Assembly: GCF_963921235.1 (NCBI RefSeq)
Contig: NC_086108.1
Coordinates: 66,838,001 to 66,902,000 of the forward strand
From: Mobula hypostoma
Taxonomy: Eukaryota
DNA: 64,000 nt
Direction of reading: 5' to 3'
The notes under the pieces were generated by a model that ran no database searches, was not told where the DNA came from, and saw only the letters and a program-made list of their open reading frames with translations. Both the position numbers and the translations under genes were made by a program. Below are positions 25,559-38,000 of the stretch, piece by piece. Each line of letters begins with the position of its first letter. Position 1 is the stretch's first letter.

Positions 25559-25984
25559 CCGTCAACCTGCCCCCACCCCCCACCAAGCAAGCACGGGATT
25601 TTAAGTAGCTATAACTTCAATTTAACAACATCAGGAATGGATAAATTTCCTTCAGCATGTTCTGTTAAGAATCTCAGAACTTAATGCAGTTTGCGCCTGC
25701 AGGTCCTATTAATGAACCAATTTGACCAGCTAAGTACCAGCAATGCCCTGGGATGTGCTTGGCTGACTGACAGCTCACATTTCTGAGCGTACCAGAGTGA
25801 AAAACCGATTGGTTCCAATCTCAAAACAATCTTGTGGGTGATATCGTGGAACTAGGTAATCCCACCATGCCCTGTACATAAAGTTATTTCTGCTATAACG
25901 TGAAAGTTAAATTCCTAAGAAACCTTACATTATGAAAAGTTACATTAAAGTAGAACAATGTGTAATTATGTTACACAATTAGGT

Positions 25985-26820
25985 TACACGACCTACCACC
26001 CCACCAGCCTCTGTGTCCAGCATATAATTCTCCGAAACTTCCGCCACCTCCAACGGGATCCCATCACGAAGTACATCTTTCCTTCCTCCCCACTTCCTGC
26101 TTTCCACCGGTATCGCTCCCTACACGACTCCCTTGTCCATTTATCCTTCCCCACTGATCTCTCTCCTGGCACTTATCCTTACAAGCAGAACAAGTGCTTC
26201 ACCTGCCCCTACACCTCCTCCCTCACTGCCATCCAGGGCCCTAAACAATCCATCCAGGTGAGGGGAGACTTCACCTGTGAGTCTGTTGGAGTCCGCTTGA
26301 GATTGGGAGACTGCTTCACCGAGCATCTATGCTCTGTCCACCAGAACAAGCGGGATTTCCCAGTGGCCACCCATTTTAATTCCACTTCTCATTTCCATTC
26401 CGATATGTCTACTCATGACCTGCTCCATTTTCGGGATAAGACCACACTTGGGTTGGAGGAACAACACCTCATATTCTGTTTGGGTAGCCTGCAACCTGAC
26501 GGCATAAACATTGATTTTTCAAACTTCCGGTAATGCCTCCCAACCACATCCCCCACCTCTTTCCCCATCCCCTTTTGCCTCTCTCACCTCATCTCACCAA
26601 TTAACTTCCCAGCTCTTTACTTCATCCCTCCCTCTCTAGGTTTTAACTATCACGTGGTGGTTCTCTCTCCCCTCCACCTTTAAAATCTACTCCTCAGCTT
26701 TTTTTATCCAGTCCTACCAAAGGGTTTTGGCCCAAAACCTTGACTGTACTGAGTTCCTCCAGCATTTTGTGTGTGTTGCTCAGATTTCCAGCATCTGCAG
26801 ATTTTCTCTTGTTTGTAATT
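25985..26820 (+). mobile_element. Penelope-like element 3' part (GIY-YIG domain + pseudo-LTR, decayed hammerhead at 26709-26746)
   Basis: ORF 25958-26533: YHPTSL..C.TCPY..RLGDCFTEHL..PVATHFN..EEQHLIFCLGSLQPDGINIDFSNFR. Confidence 0.85.
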
Positions 26821-27596
26821 GTGCTGTAATTACCTTCAAAACACGGATGTAACCAAGCTTTCCCGGACGCTGTTGTACTACATCCAATGCAGACTGTGTA
26901 ATGCAAATAGCATTCCCCAATCCATCAGCTGCATTATAACCAGTTCAAATTATGGAATCACAAACTACAACAGAATGTCATGAATTACACATATGACCTT
27001 CAAAATGCAACAGAACCCCTATGCAGTTACAAAATACAGTAAATCACATATTCTCTGCCCCATGTTCTAAGCATACTCCGAAATAAAACACACACACACA
27101 AATACACAAAAGTGATTGCTTTCCTGCTGTTTGAATGCCGATTTTATTTACAGAGGTTTCACACAGTTAGAAGAGAGTCCCAGGTAGGCCAAATTATTCT
27201 TGGGATTTTAAACAGTATATCCCACATGGTACCACTTTCATTGAGAAACCACTGTCTACAACAAAGTAGTTTTAAATTTGCTTGTGGTATTTAAACCAAA
27301 TATTACCAGTGGCAAAATAGTTCCACCCTTGTAAAATGATGACAAATAAGATGTGACAGGCTGGCTTCCTCACAATCCAGCTGCACACAGCAGTAGATTT
27401 ATGTGTAAACTGGAACAATTTTTGTGTAATGTTACTCATGGTGCTTAGACTGTAATCACAAGGATTAGTTATCCTTTTGAAATGCCTTAACTATGAAACT
27501 CTGTGGTGCTCAGGTCAGACTGCACTTGGAATTCATAATCCCAGTTCTGGTCAACAAGTATTGAGTGGCATTCCAGTATAGCGTAGAGAATTCCGA

Positions 27597-27876
27597 TTTA
27601 TTTATTCAGTGATACAGCACAGAACAGGCCCTTCCAGCTCAACGAGCCACACCACCCAGCAGCCCACCTCTTTAATCCTAGCCTAATCACAGGAGAGTTT
27701 ACAATTAACCTACCAATCGGTACATCTTTGGAATGACGGAGGAAACCAGAGCACCAGGAGGAAACCCATGCATTCACAGGTACAAAGTCTTTATAGATGG
27801 CTTCGGAATTGAACTCCAAACTCATGCCCTGATCTGTAATAGTAAGACACTAATTACTACACCACCGTGGCACCCC
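27597..27876 (-). mobile_element. tRNA-derived V/HE1-type SINE
   Basis: Minus strand has a tRNA-like head (acggtggtgtagtagt, gagttcaattcc), the central gggtttcctcctggtgctctggtttcctcc domain and a (taaa)n tail. Confidence 0.7.
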
Positions 27877-28469
27877 ACTAGTATGGTCCTCAGATCTTCC
27901 TAATAGCATATACCATTACAACAGCATACTAATAGTGTAAAGACCTTAAGCCCTTAATTATTTTACTATGTTCATTTCTACAGTGCCAAAACCTTTGCCC
28001 AAAACTCTCAAAACGAAGTTATCATAGTTACGTGCCAAGTACGATCAACGGTAAACTTACTTTTCTTCCATTTAACCACTCTACCCACTGCTGTCATATA
28101 ATGAAGATGAAACAATGGCCCCTCTGGTCTGACAGCTACATGATTTATTAACTTTAAATACGGTCGCTGGTTGCATTCAGTTGCTGTGCTAATCTGTCTG
28201 CTGATTGCAATGTTACGTCATTGAAAATGATAGCTTCCTTTAAAGTCATTTTCTAGATTTGGCTTGCATTTAAGCTCTGATTGCTGCTTTGAAGATCATA
28301 AATGTTTTTAAACAGAGGCAGAAAAATGACAGAAAAATAGGCAGAATAAAAATAAACTGGACTACAGGGTACAAGAAAAACTGACAGAGAATATCCGATC
28401 ACAAATTCAAGTAATTGAAGGATCTTTAGTTAATGTCGACTCCTGCTCTTCAGTCATATTTGGACAACA

Positions 28470-30122
28470 TACATCAGTATCAACACGGGGGCATCACAAG
28501 TCTGTGAGTTTTGCCCCCTGCTCTGCTCACTTTACATATATGACTGCGTGCCTCAGCACAGCTCTAACGCCATATTCAAGTTTGCTGATAACACCAATGT
28601 CATTGGCTGGATCAAAGGTGGTGTCGAATTCACGTGCAGGAGGGAGATTGAAAATTTGGCACCAACAACTTCTTATTCAATATCAGCAAGACCAAGGAGC
28701 TAATTTTTGACTTCAGGAGTAGTAAATCAGAGGTCCCTGAGCCAGTCCTCTCAGATGATCAGAGGTGGAGAGGGTCAGCATCTCAGACATCCCACCCTGC
28801 AAAAACTCATTTCAGGGAGGCAGCACCCCCGCCTCCCGCAACCCCATTTATGCACCCCCCCCCCACCACCAGTCAACCTCCAAGGGTGTATGTAATACTT
28901 TGTTTAGTGATTTTGCCTAATCTGTAAACCAAGTTGGGTATACGCAAAAAATGTGACATTAAAATATGTACTTATATTAGATTATCATGGAGTCATTTTT
29001 TTATATTCTATTACAACTTTAAGCAAGTCTACAGGGAGTTTTGTCTCATCACGTAGGACATCAATAGAGTAGCTCCTTAGCAGCTAGCCAGCTAGTTTAA
29101 ATAACGTTAGTTATGCTAATGAACGAATGACATCTGTTAAACTCACCTCAACATGTCTTTTACATTTTAACCCACCATGGACAACAGAAAAGTCACTGTT
29201 GCAAACAGTGCAGCAAGCAACACTGTCATTATTTTTGACATCGACTGTAAAGCCCTCCCACAGAGAAAACTGGTCTACTTAGCACGAAGGGAGACCAATC
29301 AGGACACTCGCTCTTGCTCTCACTCTCAAAAAAATCAATTTCTGGGATATTGTATATAATTTCTGGGTGTCAGGGAGCCACTATCAATATGCGGGAGACT
29401 ACCGGAACTTCCAGGAGAGGTGGGATGTCTGGCATCTTTAAATTCCTTAGTGTTATTATTTTGGAGGGCCTGGCCTGAGCCCAGCATGCAAGTACAATCA
29501 TGAAGAAAGCACAGCAGCGCCTCTACTTCCTTAGGAGGTTGTGAAGATTCAGCATGACATCTAAAACATTGATAAATTTTATAGATGTGTAGGGAAGTGT
29601 TTATTAGCTGGATACACCACAGCATGGTATGGAAACACCAAAACTCTTGAACAGAAAATCCTACAAAACGAAGAGGATATGGCCCAGTCCATCATGGCTG
29701 AAGCCATCCCACTACCATTGAGCACATCAACACAAAACATTGTCACAGGAAAGCAGTTTCCATCATCAGTGTCCCCAACCACCCAGGATATGTTCTCTTC
29801 TCACTGCTGCCATCAGGAAGAAGGTATAGGAGCTTCAGGTCTCAAAACACAAAGCCCAGGAACAATTATTACCCCTTCACCATCAGGCTCTTGAACCAAG
29901 GGGAAAATTTCACTCAATTTCAGTTTCCCCCCAATTGAAATGTTCCCACACGCGTAGACATACTTTCATGGACTCTTCATTTCATGTTCTCAATATTTAT
30001 TCCTTATATATTTAGTTTTATTATTAGTACTTTCTTTCTTTCTTTTTGCATTTGAGCAGGATGTTGTCATTTGCACACTGGTTGAATGCCCAAATTTGAT
30101 AATAAATTTACTTTGAACTTTA
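28470..30122 (+). mobile_element. Rex1-type LINE fragment interrupted by a MITE
   Basis: aagtttgctgataacacc (KFAD), accaaggagctaatt, and the 3' tail aataaatttactttgaacttt. Confidence 0.7.
28784..29431. mobile_element. Non-autonomous DNA transposon, 13-bp TIR, 6-bp TSD
   Basis: TIR cagacatcccacc / ggtgggatgtctg. gcatct is duplicated at 28778-28783 and 29432-29437, and removal restores the host LINE (agggtcagcatctttaaattcc). Confidence 0.8.
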
Positions 30123-30461
30123 GGAAGAAATGCTGGTTTGTCATCTTGTCAGTGTGATAAAGTTTACTTCCCACTTGCTCAGTACTAACGCTTTGGAAAT
30201 CCACTCTGCTTCAGTCCATCTATTTTTTATTCTTAATGACTAAATATGGATGAAATGAAAGAATTTCCATCCTTCTCATAATGCATTAAAGTGTTTTAGG
30301 GACATTACAGTCTAGAGATTTTCCTAAATGTCAAGGACAAAGGAAATGATAGAAGACTTCAAGATGGGGAAGTTAGGAGAACACACCTCAGTCCTCCCAT
30401 GATCACTACCTCATCTTTTGCACAAGTTTTGTAACTTATGATAATTTTTATGACTTGCACT

Positions 30462-31321
30462 TGTTACGTACCCCGTAACTGGGTTGCCAAACCAGCAGAA
30501 ATGGATCACTCAGTTGGAGTCTGGAGTACTAGAACTAAGAAAGTTTTATTAAAGAAACAAGCAACACAGTAATCGAAAGGATAATAAATGCAACAATTCA
30601 ACAATGATAACCACACATGTGCACAGAATTAAGATAACAGCATCAATCAAGCTCTATCGTTGTCTAGGGGTTAAATGACCAATTTCAAAATGACTCAAAG
30701 TTCAGTCCAGTTTGTAGTTCAGTTCGCAGTAATCGTTGCCATGGCGATGGACAAGGTGGGGGAAGAGAGACAGAATAGGAACAACTGATCATTCAGAACA
30801 CTGCTTCACTCACAGACCAGCAGGATGGCTCACAAACAGCATTTGGGCGGGTCCTTGGTGATGTCACCTGAGGTCACCGACTGTAACCCCTCCTCCAGAT
30901 GCGGTCGATCCTCTGCAGTGAACCCGGCACCCAGGCAAGGGCGGACACACACCGGGTTCCCGCTGATCGTACCTTTCCACCCTTGTCGTTGTCTGGCACT
31001 TCTCACCCACTCGTGAGAAGCGCACCGCTTCCAGGGTCTCGTTACCTCGGGTGGCGTGTGTGTCTGTCTTAGCGAACCTGTCCCTTTTTATCCCCCTGCT
31101 GGGGTATCGCCTGTCCATCACTTCAAACAGTTCAGGGTTCAAAGGGGGGAGCCGCTCCAGACAGCTCTTCCTCCCACATCCCTTCATTACACATCTCCAG
31201 ACGCTGCTCCATTGTTCCTTATCTCTCCTTCCCCTGAGGGCAGGTGGCAGACCAACTGCTGATGCCACTGATGCTAGCCCAGGCCAGCAAACATCTTAAT
31301 TTTATGTGTATTCTCGTAACA
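30462..31321 (-). mobile_element. Solo LTR (860 bp)
   Basis: Termini tgttacg..cgtaaca; perfect 4-bp TSD cact (30458-30461, 31322-31325); minus-strand AATAAA at 30545-30550; CpG-rich relative to flanks. Confidence 0.85.
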
Positions 31322-31589
31322 CACTGCACTGCTGTTGATAAACAACATTATTCACGACATACGCCTGTGATAATAAATCTGATTCTGATTCTAAAACCGA
31401 GTTTGAACCCAACCCAGCCATAGCCAATATAAATCCAGCCAGCACCTTCAGACCAATAATCCAGCCTAATGCAAGCCTGACTGCCAGTTTCTAGCATAGT
31501 CACTGCTGTAATTATGAGGTAGACAAGCACCTACAAAAATGCTAATTCTCAGTCTGACATGAAAATGTCCATCAGTTGGATATTGGTGA

Positions 31590-33066
31590 TAACTCCACTC
31601 CACAGCTTTGAGAGGTTGGTGATGGCTAGAATTAACTCCTGCCTGAGCACAGACCTGGAGCTGCTGCATTTTGCCTACTGCCACAGCATGCCAATAACAG
31701 ATGCTATCTCACTGAATCTCTTACTGCTTTGGAGCACCTAGGTAACAGAAATACATAGCTCAACCTGTTGTACATTGATTACAACTCTGCATTCAACACC
31801 ATCATCCCCTCAGTACTAATCAACAAGCTTCAAAACCTGGGCCTTCGCAACAGGATCCTCAACTTAGTTCCTTATCAAGTCACCTCCTCACTGACAGTCA
31901 ACACAGGCATAATTCCAGGTCCTAAAGAAGGGTCTCGGCCTGAAGCATCGACTGTTTATTCTTTTCCACAGATGCTGCCTGACCTGCTGAGTTTCTCCAG
32001 CATTTTGTGTGTGTTGTTTAGGATCTCCAGCATCTGCAGATATTCTTGTGTATGTGATTCTTCAAGATAGCCTGCTTAGCCCACCGTTCTACTCTCTCTA
32101 CACTCATGACTGTGTGTCGCTAAGCGCAGCTCAGGCAGAATCTGAAATGACGACGTTGGGGCATACAGGAGTGAAATAGATCAGCTGGTTAATTGTTGAC
32201 AACAACCTTGCACACATCAGCAAGACCAAAGATTTGGTGGTGGACTTCAGGAAGGGGAAGTCAGGAGAAAACTTAACAGTCATCATTTAAGAGTTAGTGG
32301 TGGAAGTTCCTGGGCATCAACATCTTAATGGATCTATCCTGGGCCCAACACATTGATGCAATCATGAAGAAGGCATGCCGGCAGCTCTACGTCCTTCAGA
32401 GTTTGAGAAGATTTGGTATGCTACCAAAGTCTCCAGCAATTTTCTGCAGATGTATGGCATAAGGTGATATTGCATGCTATGGAGGCTCCGATGCTCAGGA
32501 ATGAAAGAGGCTCCTGAGGGTTGTGGACTCAGCCAGCTCCATCACTGGCACAACACTGCCCACCATCGAGGGCATCTTCAAGAGGTGGTCCCTCAGGAGG
32601 CGGCATCCATCAATAAGGACCATCACTATCTGAGACATGCCCTCTTTTCATTACTACCATCAGGATAGTGGCAAGTGAGCCTGAAGACCCAGGTACAGCT
32701 TCTTCACCCCGCCATCAGATGAACACTACTTGGCATCTCTCTTGTGTTATTATTTATTTACAGTACATGTAAAACTCAGAATAATTTTTTATGTCTTGCT
32801 CTTTACCGCTGCTGCAGAACAACAGATTTCACAAGAAATGCTGGTGGAACGCAACAGGCCAGGCAGCATCTATAGGAAGAGGTACAGTCAACGTTTCAGG
32901 CCGAGAACCTTCGTCAGGAAACATCGACTGTATCTCTTCCTATAGAAGCTGCCTGGTCTGCTGCGTTCCACCAGCATTTTGTGTGTGTTGCGTGAATTTC
33001 CAGCATCTGCAGATTTTCTCATATTTGAGATTTCACAAGATATGTCAGTAATAATAAACCTGATTT
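31590..33066 (+). mobile_element. Rex1-type LINE fragments with two nested Penelope pseudo-LTR insertions
   Basis: FERLVMARIN and YIDYNSAFNTIIPSVLINKL remnants. Pseudo-LTR pieces at about 31912-32057 and 32837-33027. Confidence 0.75.
32837..33027. mobile_element. Fold-back Penelope pseudo-LTR mini-element with hammerhead motif and 13-bp TSD
   Basis: TSD agatttcacaaga (32824-32836, 33028-33040); inverted arms about 32837-32896 / 32919-32979; minus-strand CTGACGA..GAAAC GTT gactg at 32885-32917. Confidence 0.8.
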
Positions 33067-33695
33067 GAAAGTGTTATTTTACATCCACCTCAGATTAAGG
33101 GTCACGTAAGACTGGTTGAAGATGCTCTGGAGTATCCTATCTACATACCAGTTAAGCCCTGCATTCAAAAAAGTTGCTCTGCTTTCTGGAACCATGTTGA
33201 ATGAGAATAGTGTGCTATTAAAATTTTCTCGACTCTCATTAAGTTATCTTCTTCAACAGAAGAGGAAATGTTGTATTAAAGAATTCTACCAGAAGTGCAT
33301 ATAAACTAAAAAAAAATCACAAATGGATCTGAAGTTCTTCTCAGCAGACTATGTATTAAATCTTGATTTTGACTCATACTGTTAGTCCACCTGAATTTCA
33401 GCAATGCAGCCAAGCCAATGAGAAAATGCCTTATACAGTTCAAAAAGACAATAGCAAAGACAGGACCAAAATTGCTACAGTCTACTGGCACAGTGAGAGT
33501 GTATGACAAATGATAAACAAAACAAATTAAAACTCAGGATACAGGGGTCCCACACAAGGATGTCCATGTCACGGAATCGGATTTGAAAACATAGATCAGG
33601 GCTGGGGCTTGCCATGATACAATGTTCCCAAGACGATCTGCTTTCGAAAAGCTGGGGAAAATCCAGAGATCTCTACAGTCTGTGAGAAAATGTGT

Positions 33696-34340
33696 AGTCA
33701 TAGTCATAGTCATAGTTGTACTTTATTGATCCCGGGGGAAATTGGTTTTCGTTACAGTTGCACCATAAATAATAAATAGTAATAGTAATATTACTATTAG
33801 TTAATAGTACATAGTAATAGTTATAGAAATAATAAATAGTAATAGAATAGTAATAGAAAATAGTAATAAATAGTTAAAAAGTAATACGTAAATTATGCCA
33901 GTAAATTATGAAATAAGACCAGGACCAGTCTATCGGCTCAGGGTGTCTGACTCTCCAAGGGAGGAGTTGTAAAGTTTGATGGCCACAGGCAGGAATGACA
34001 TCCTATGACACTCTGTGTTGCATCTCGGTGGAATGAGTCTCTGGCTGAATGTACTCCTGTGCCCACCCAGTACATTATGTAGTGGATGGGAGACATTGAC
34101 CAAGATGGCATGCAACTTGGACAGCATCCTCTTTTCAGACACCACCGTCAGAGAGTCCAGTTCCATCCCCACAACATCACTGGCCTTACGAATGAGTCTG
34201 TTGATTCTGTTGGTGTCTGCCACCCTCAGCCTGCTGCCCCAGCACACAACAGCAAACATGATCGCACTGGCCACCACAGACTCATAGAACATCCTCAGCA
34301 TCGTCTAGCAGATGTTAAAGGACCTCAGTCTCCTCAGGAA
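33696..34340 (-). mobile_element. Rex1-type LINE 3' end with (tagtca)n tail and AT-rich minisatellite
   Basis: MLRMFYESVVASAIMFAVVCWGS..MSFLPVAIKLYN; (taatag)-like repeats at 33770-33880. Confidence 0.8.
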
Positions 34341-34619
34341 ACATTGTATACTGTACTGACTTCAAAATTAGTGAGAACGGACACCACCATAAAGGATCTA
34401 AACTAAGAAAGTAGCAAGGAAGCACTAGTTATACAGAAAATAGTTTATTGTTGCCTACAAAGCACACCCATTTTAATTTCTTCCAGGGCTGTTGTAATAT
34501 AATACTGAATCCAACAGTAATATCATACTTTAATTAATGCTGCAATCACCAGCCCATTTGGAATCATCTTTCTCCCTTAACTGTTAACTGGAACAGCAAT
34601 AGAGGACACTGGCAGATAT

Positions 34620-35055
34620 TTACTGAGGAGAATTTGATGGCTCTGGGCTTGTACTTGCAGAGCTTTAGAAGAATGAAGGTGGATCTCATTGAAGCTTATT
34701 AAATATTGAAAAGCCTAGACAGAGTGGACATGGAGAGGATATAATAGGGGAATCTAAGATCAAAGAGCACAGCTTAGAATACAAGAATGTCCCTTTAGGA
34801 CGAATATGAGAAAGACTTTCTTTAGGCAGAGGGTGGTGAATCTGTGGAATTCATTGCCACAAACAGCTATGGAGGCCAAGTCACTGGGTATTTTTAAAGT
34901 GGAGATTGATAGGTTCTTGATTAAGTGGGTCAAAGGTTACACGGTAGAAGGCAGAAGAATGGGGTTGAGAAATAATAAATCATTCATGATGGCACAGCAG
35001 GCTTGATGGGCCAAATGGCCTAATTCTGCTCCTAAGTCTTATGGTCTTATGGAAT
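34620..35055 (+). mobile_element. CR1 LINE 3' end
   Basis: FFRQRVVNLWNSLP..IFKVEIDRFL, with a (tcttatgg) tail. Confidence 0.85.
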
Positions 35056-38000
35056 GCTGAGAAACAATTCAACAGTGGGCACATGTGAAGATTGAAGAAG
35101 CGTTTACTGTATGTGCATTGGATATGATGGAGCAAGGATGTGTCATACACAGGCAGGAGGGCACTTCAGTACACTGAAGGGAATGGGAGTACATGATGGA
35201 GAAGGTTAACTCCATGTCCAGTGCCCAGCACAGATGGAAGCAAATGCTGAAAAAAATCTCAGACCGACAGAAAAGTCCGAATGTAAGACATGCAACAATA
35301 AGTGAAGTAGCTGAGCAAGCCGGGAAGTAAAATTCATAACGTACCAGATTGCACTATGTAGATTTAAAAATATTAGCTGTAAGCTTGTGAAGGATGAAAA
35401 TAACAAATCTTTTCATGTGTTCGATGCTCTATTGAGGAAGGTACCAGAAAGTTCCACCACTCCAAGATGCTGTACACAGTTTGCAGGAACAAGTTGAATG
35501 ATCACCCAAAGCATTGCCAATCCAAATTCTACCACTTTTCTGGTCCCTACTCATCTCATCATCTATCACGCGCTTTTTCTCAGCAAGCAGATGTTAAAGG
35601 ATCTTTCTTACTCTAAAGGAAATCTTCAGAAACATTGAATGACTGCATTTACCAAAACTGCTCTGGCAGCTCCTACTGCCCACTGCGAGTATAGTGCATA
35701 CAATGGCTATTGCGCCTTCAATTCCAGTGGTCTTAATTAGCATTGTTCATGCATGCATTCATATTATACATGTCTCTGATCCACTAATACCTAACACAAC
35801 AGCTATTGCTACCCTGTAGAATATAAGGCAGGGCTGACCTTGAGTGATATACACTACCGTACCTTTAGTGAAACTAAGTCCTCAGCATGCAGGTTCTCTA
35901 ATTACTATCTGGAGAAAACAAGCAGTATTCCAAAGTAGCAAAGATCAGAGAAGTCCAAGGATTGACTATGTGCTTTTTGATACCTGTGGTGAAGTGTGGG
36001 AGAGTTGAGCTGGAATGGCTGGACAAGCTTCTTCAACTTGTTACAGGTGCATCAAACCTTCCATAGGCTTTAGAGAGCCTGCATTTGTTCTGTGCAGACT
36101 GCTTATATCTACATATGAATCCATATGATCCTTGCTGTCCCAAAAGGGTGCAGCGATTTGGATTAAAGTCTATGTCAGTTAATTTAAAAGACAAACTGCT
36201 GAAGGAGCTGTGGGTCAGATGATGGAGGGAGGACAGTTGTGACATTGGGCTGACCCCTTTCCTCTAGATGAAGGGCTTTCACCCAGGACACCAACTGTCC
36301 ATTTCCCTCCATGGATGCTACCTGACTCACCGAGTTCCTATGGCAGTCTGCTTTTCGTTCAAGATTCTAGCATCTGCTGTCTTTTGTGTCTGCAGTACAC
36401 TGAAAAGCTGCAATTATTAACAATTTAATAATGTTTATCAGAGTTATATGACGGTCAACTCACAAAGTTGGGGTTGCAATATCAGGTTTATTAGGGACTG
36501 CAGTTAATTCAGTCTGATAACATTGTCCAGGTATGCCCAGGGTAATGCCTTATCACAGTAATATTCTCATAGGTATTGGATTTCCTTTAACCCGCGCCCC
36601 CCCCCCCCCGCCGAATAAAGTCTCAGCTCAGTAAAATCATGCTGCATAATATAAACTGAAAAGCTGCAAGAATTTTCACAAGCTGGTTTTACAATTTATC
36701 CCTGGGGCATTTGCACTATTTGAAAAACAACACAGTAAAAGGATGTAACTGATTCTTTCAACTTATCATAATGGTAAAATTGGAAGAAAGATTCAAAACA
36801 GACAACGGAAGGTAGATTTCAACTTTGTTCCCTCTCATTAAATGAGCAATAGCAGATCGGCAGCCTGTCTTCAATCTCTCTTCACGTTTAATACCAGTGA
36901 AGTCAACAGTAATAAAGATCAGGAGAGACGCTAAATGGACTGTCAGCTCGTCATCACTTATTTTACACATACCACACGGCGGGTTTGGCCTTCATGTCAT
37001 CTCAACCATATACAGTCACATTCTCTAAATTATATTTTCTCTTGTGAAACATCCTACATATAATGCATCCACTATAGCACAATGTTCTCAAATAGTGCTG
37101 ATAGTTCAAGATCTAATCGGTTTGCCAAGCATATCGATGGTTAACTGCAATGGATTCCAAATCATTTCTTGGTGATTATATTCCTTGTATATAACGATTT
37201 ATAACCAGTCTTTTTATTTGAGAGTTAGGTGTTGCATCACTGCTATAAACAATAGCTTCAGCCCTCATTTTACATGTGCTTTATAGCGTAACTAACCTTC
37301 TGACCCTTTTCTTCAGCTGTGTTCCACTTATTGTTTCCCAGTGTATCTCGGGCTACCAAGAGCTTAAGTCAAAGGTAAACACACTTAAAATTTAATACCT
37401 AAATAGATGCTGCCCTAATAAACACTCAGCATTAGCCTTTGTTTCATAAAATACTTAGGACAAACGTGGAATTCTAAGAAAATATAAGTGGGATTTTTGC
37501 AGTGTGAAAAACTGCCACAGTTTTAATAGGGGAAAGTTACCATTTGTATTGACTTGATTATTTTCTATTGTTTTGAGTGCAAGCCATTTGAAAAGGAAGG
37601 TTAACATTATTTAATTGAATAACATTGTGAAATGGCCTGTGTTGAAGTAATTTATTTTCAGCATCACAAAAGTAAACATGACATTGCAGAAATGAGCACA
37701 GTCAGGGGCACAGGGCGGCTCCAGCATCTGTCACTCGAACATCACTCACGGCAAAAGTACCATTGCGTCAGCTTTCTAGAATTCCATCTGGTGAATGATG
37801 TGGGATGTGGTGTCCCAATAAATCATGCTAGTTAACTCTGGACGAGAACTCTTTGGGGGCTCTCTCAGTCACCTGCTATAACTTAAAGTGGCACCCTTGT
37901 GAAAACAGCATTTTTTTTTACAAATGCAGCACTGCTCCAGAAGTTCCGACGATTCTCGAAGGGGCGGGAGAATCCCTGCAAAAATCCAGCCGTATATCAC

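Noticed and set aside
33696..33900. CRISPR-like or functional tandem array
   Set aside because: Low-complexity tagtca/taatag repeats in a LINE 3' UTR, with no repeat-spacer structure and a eukaryotic context.
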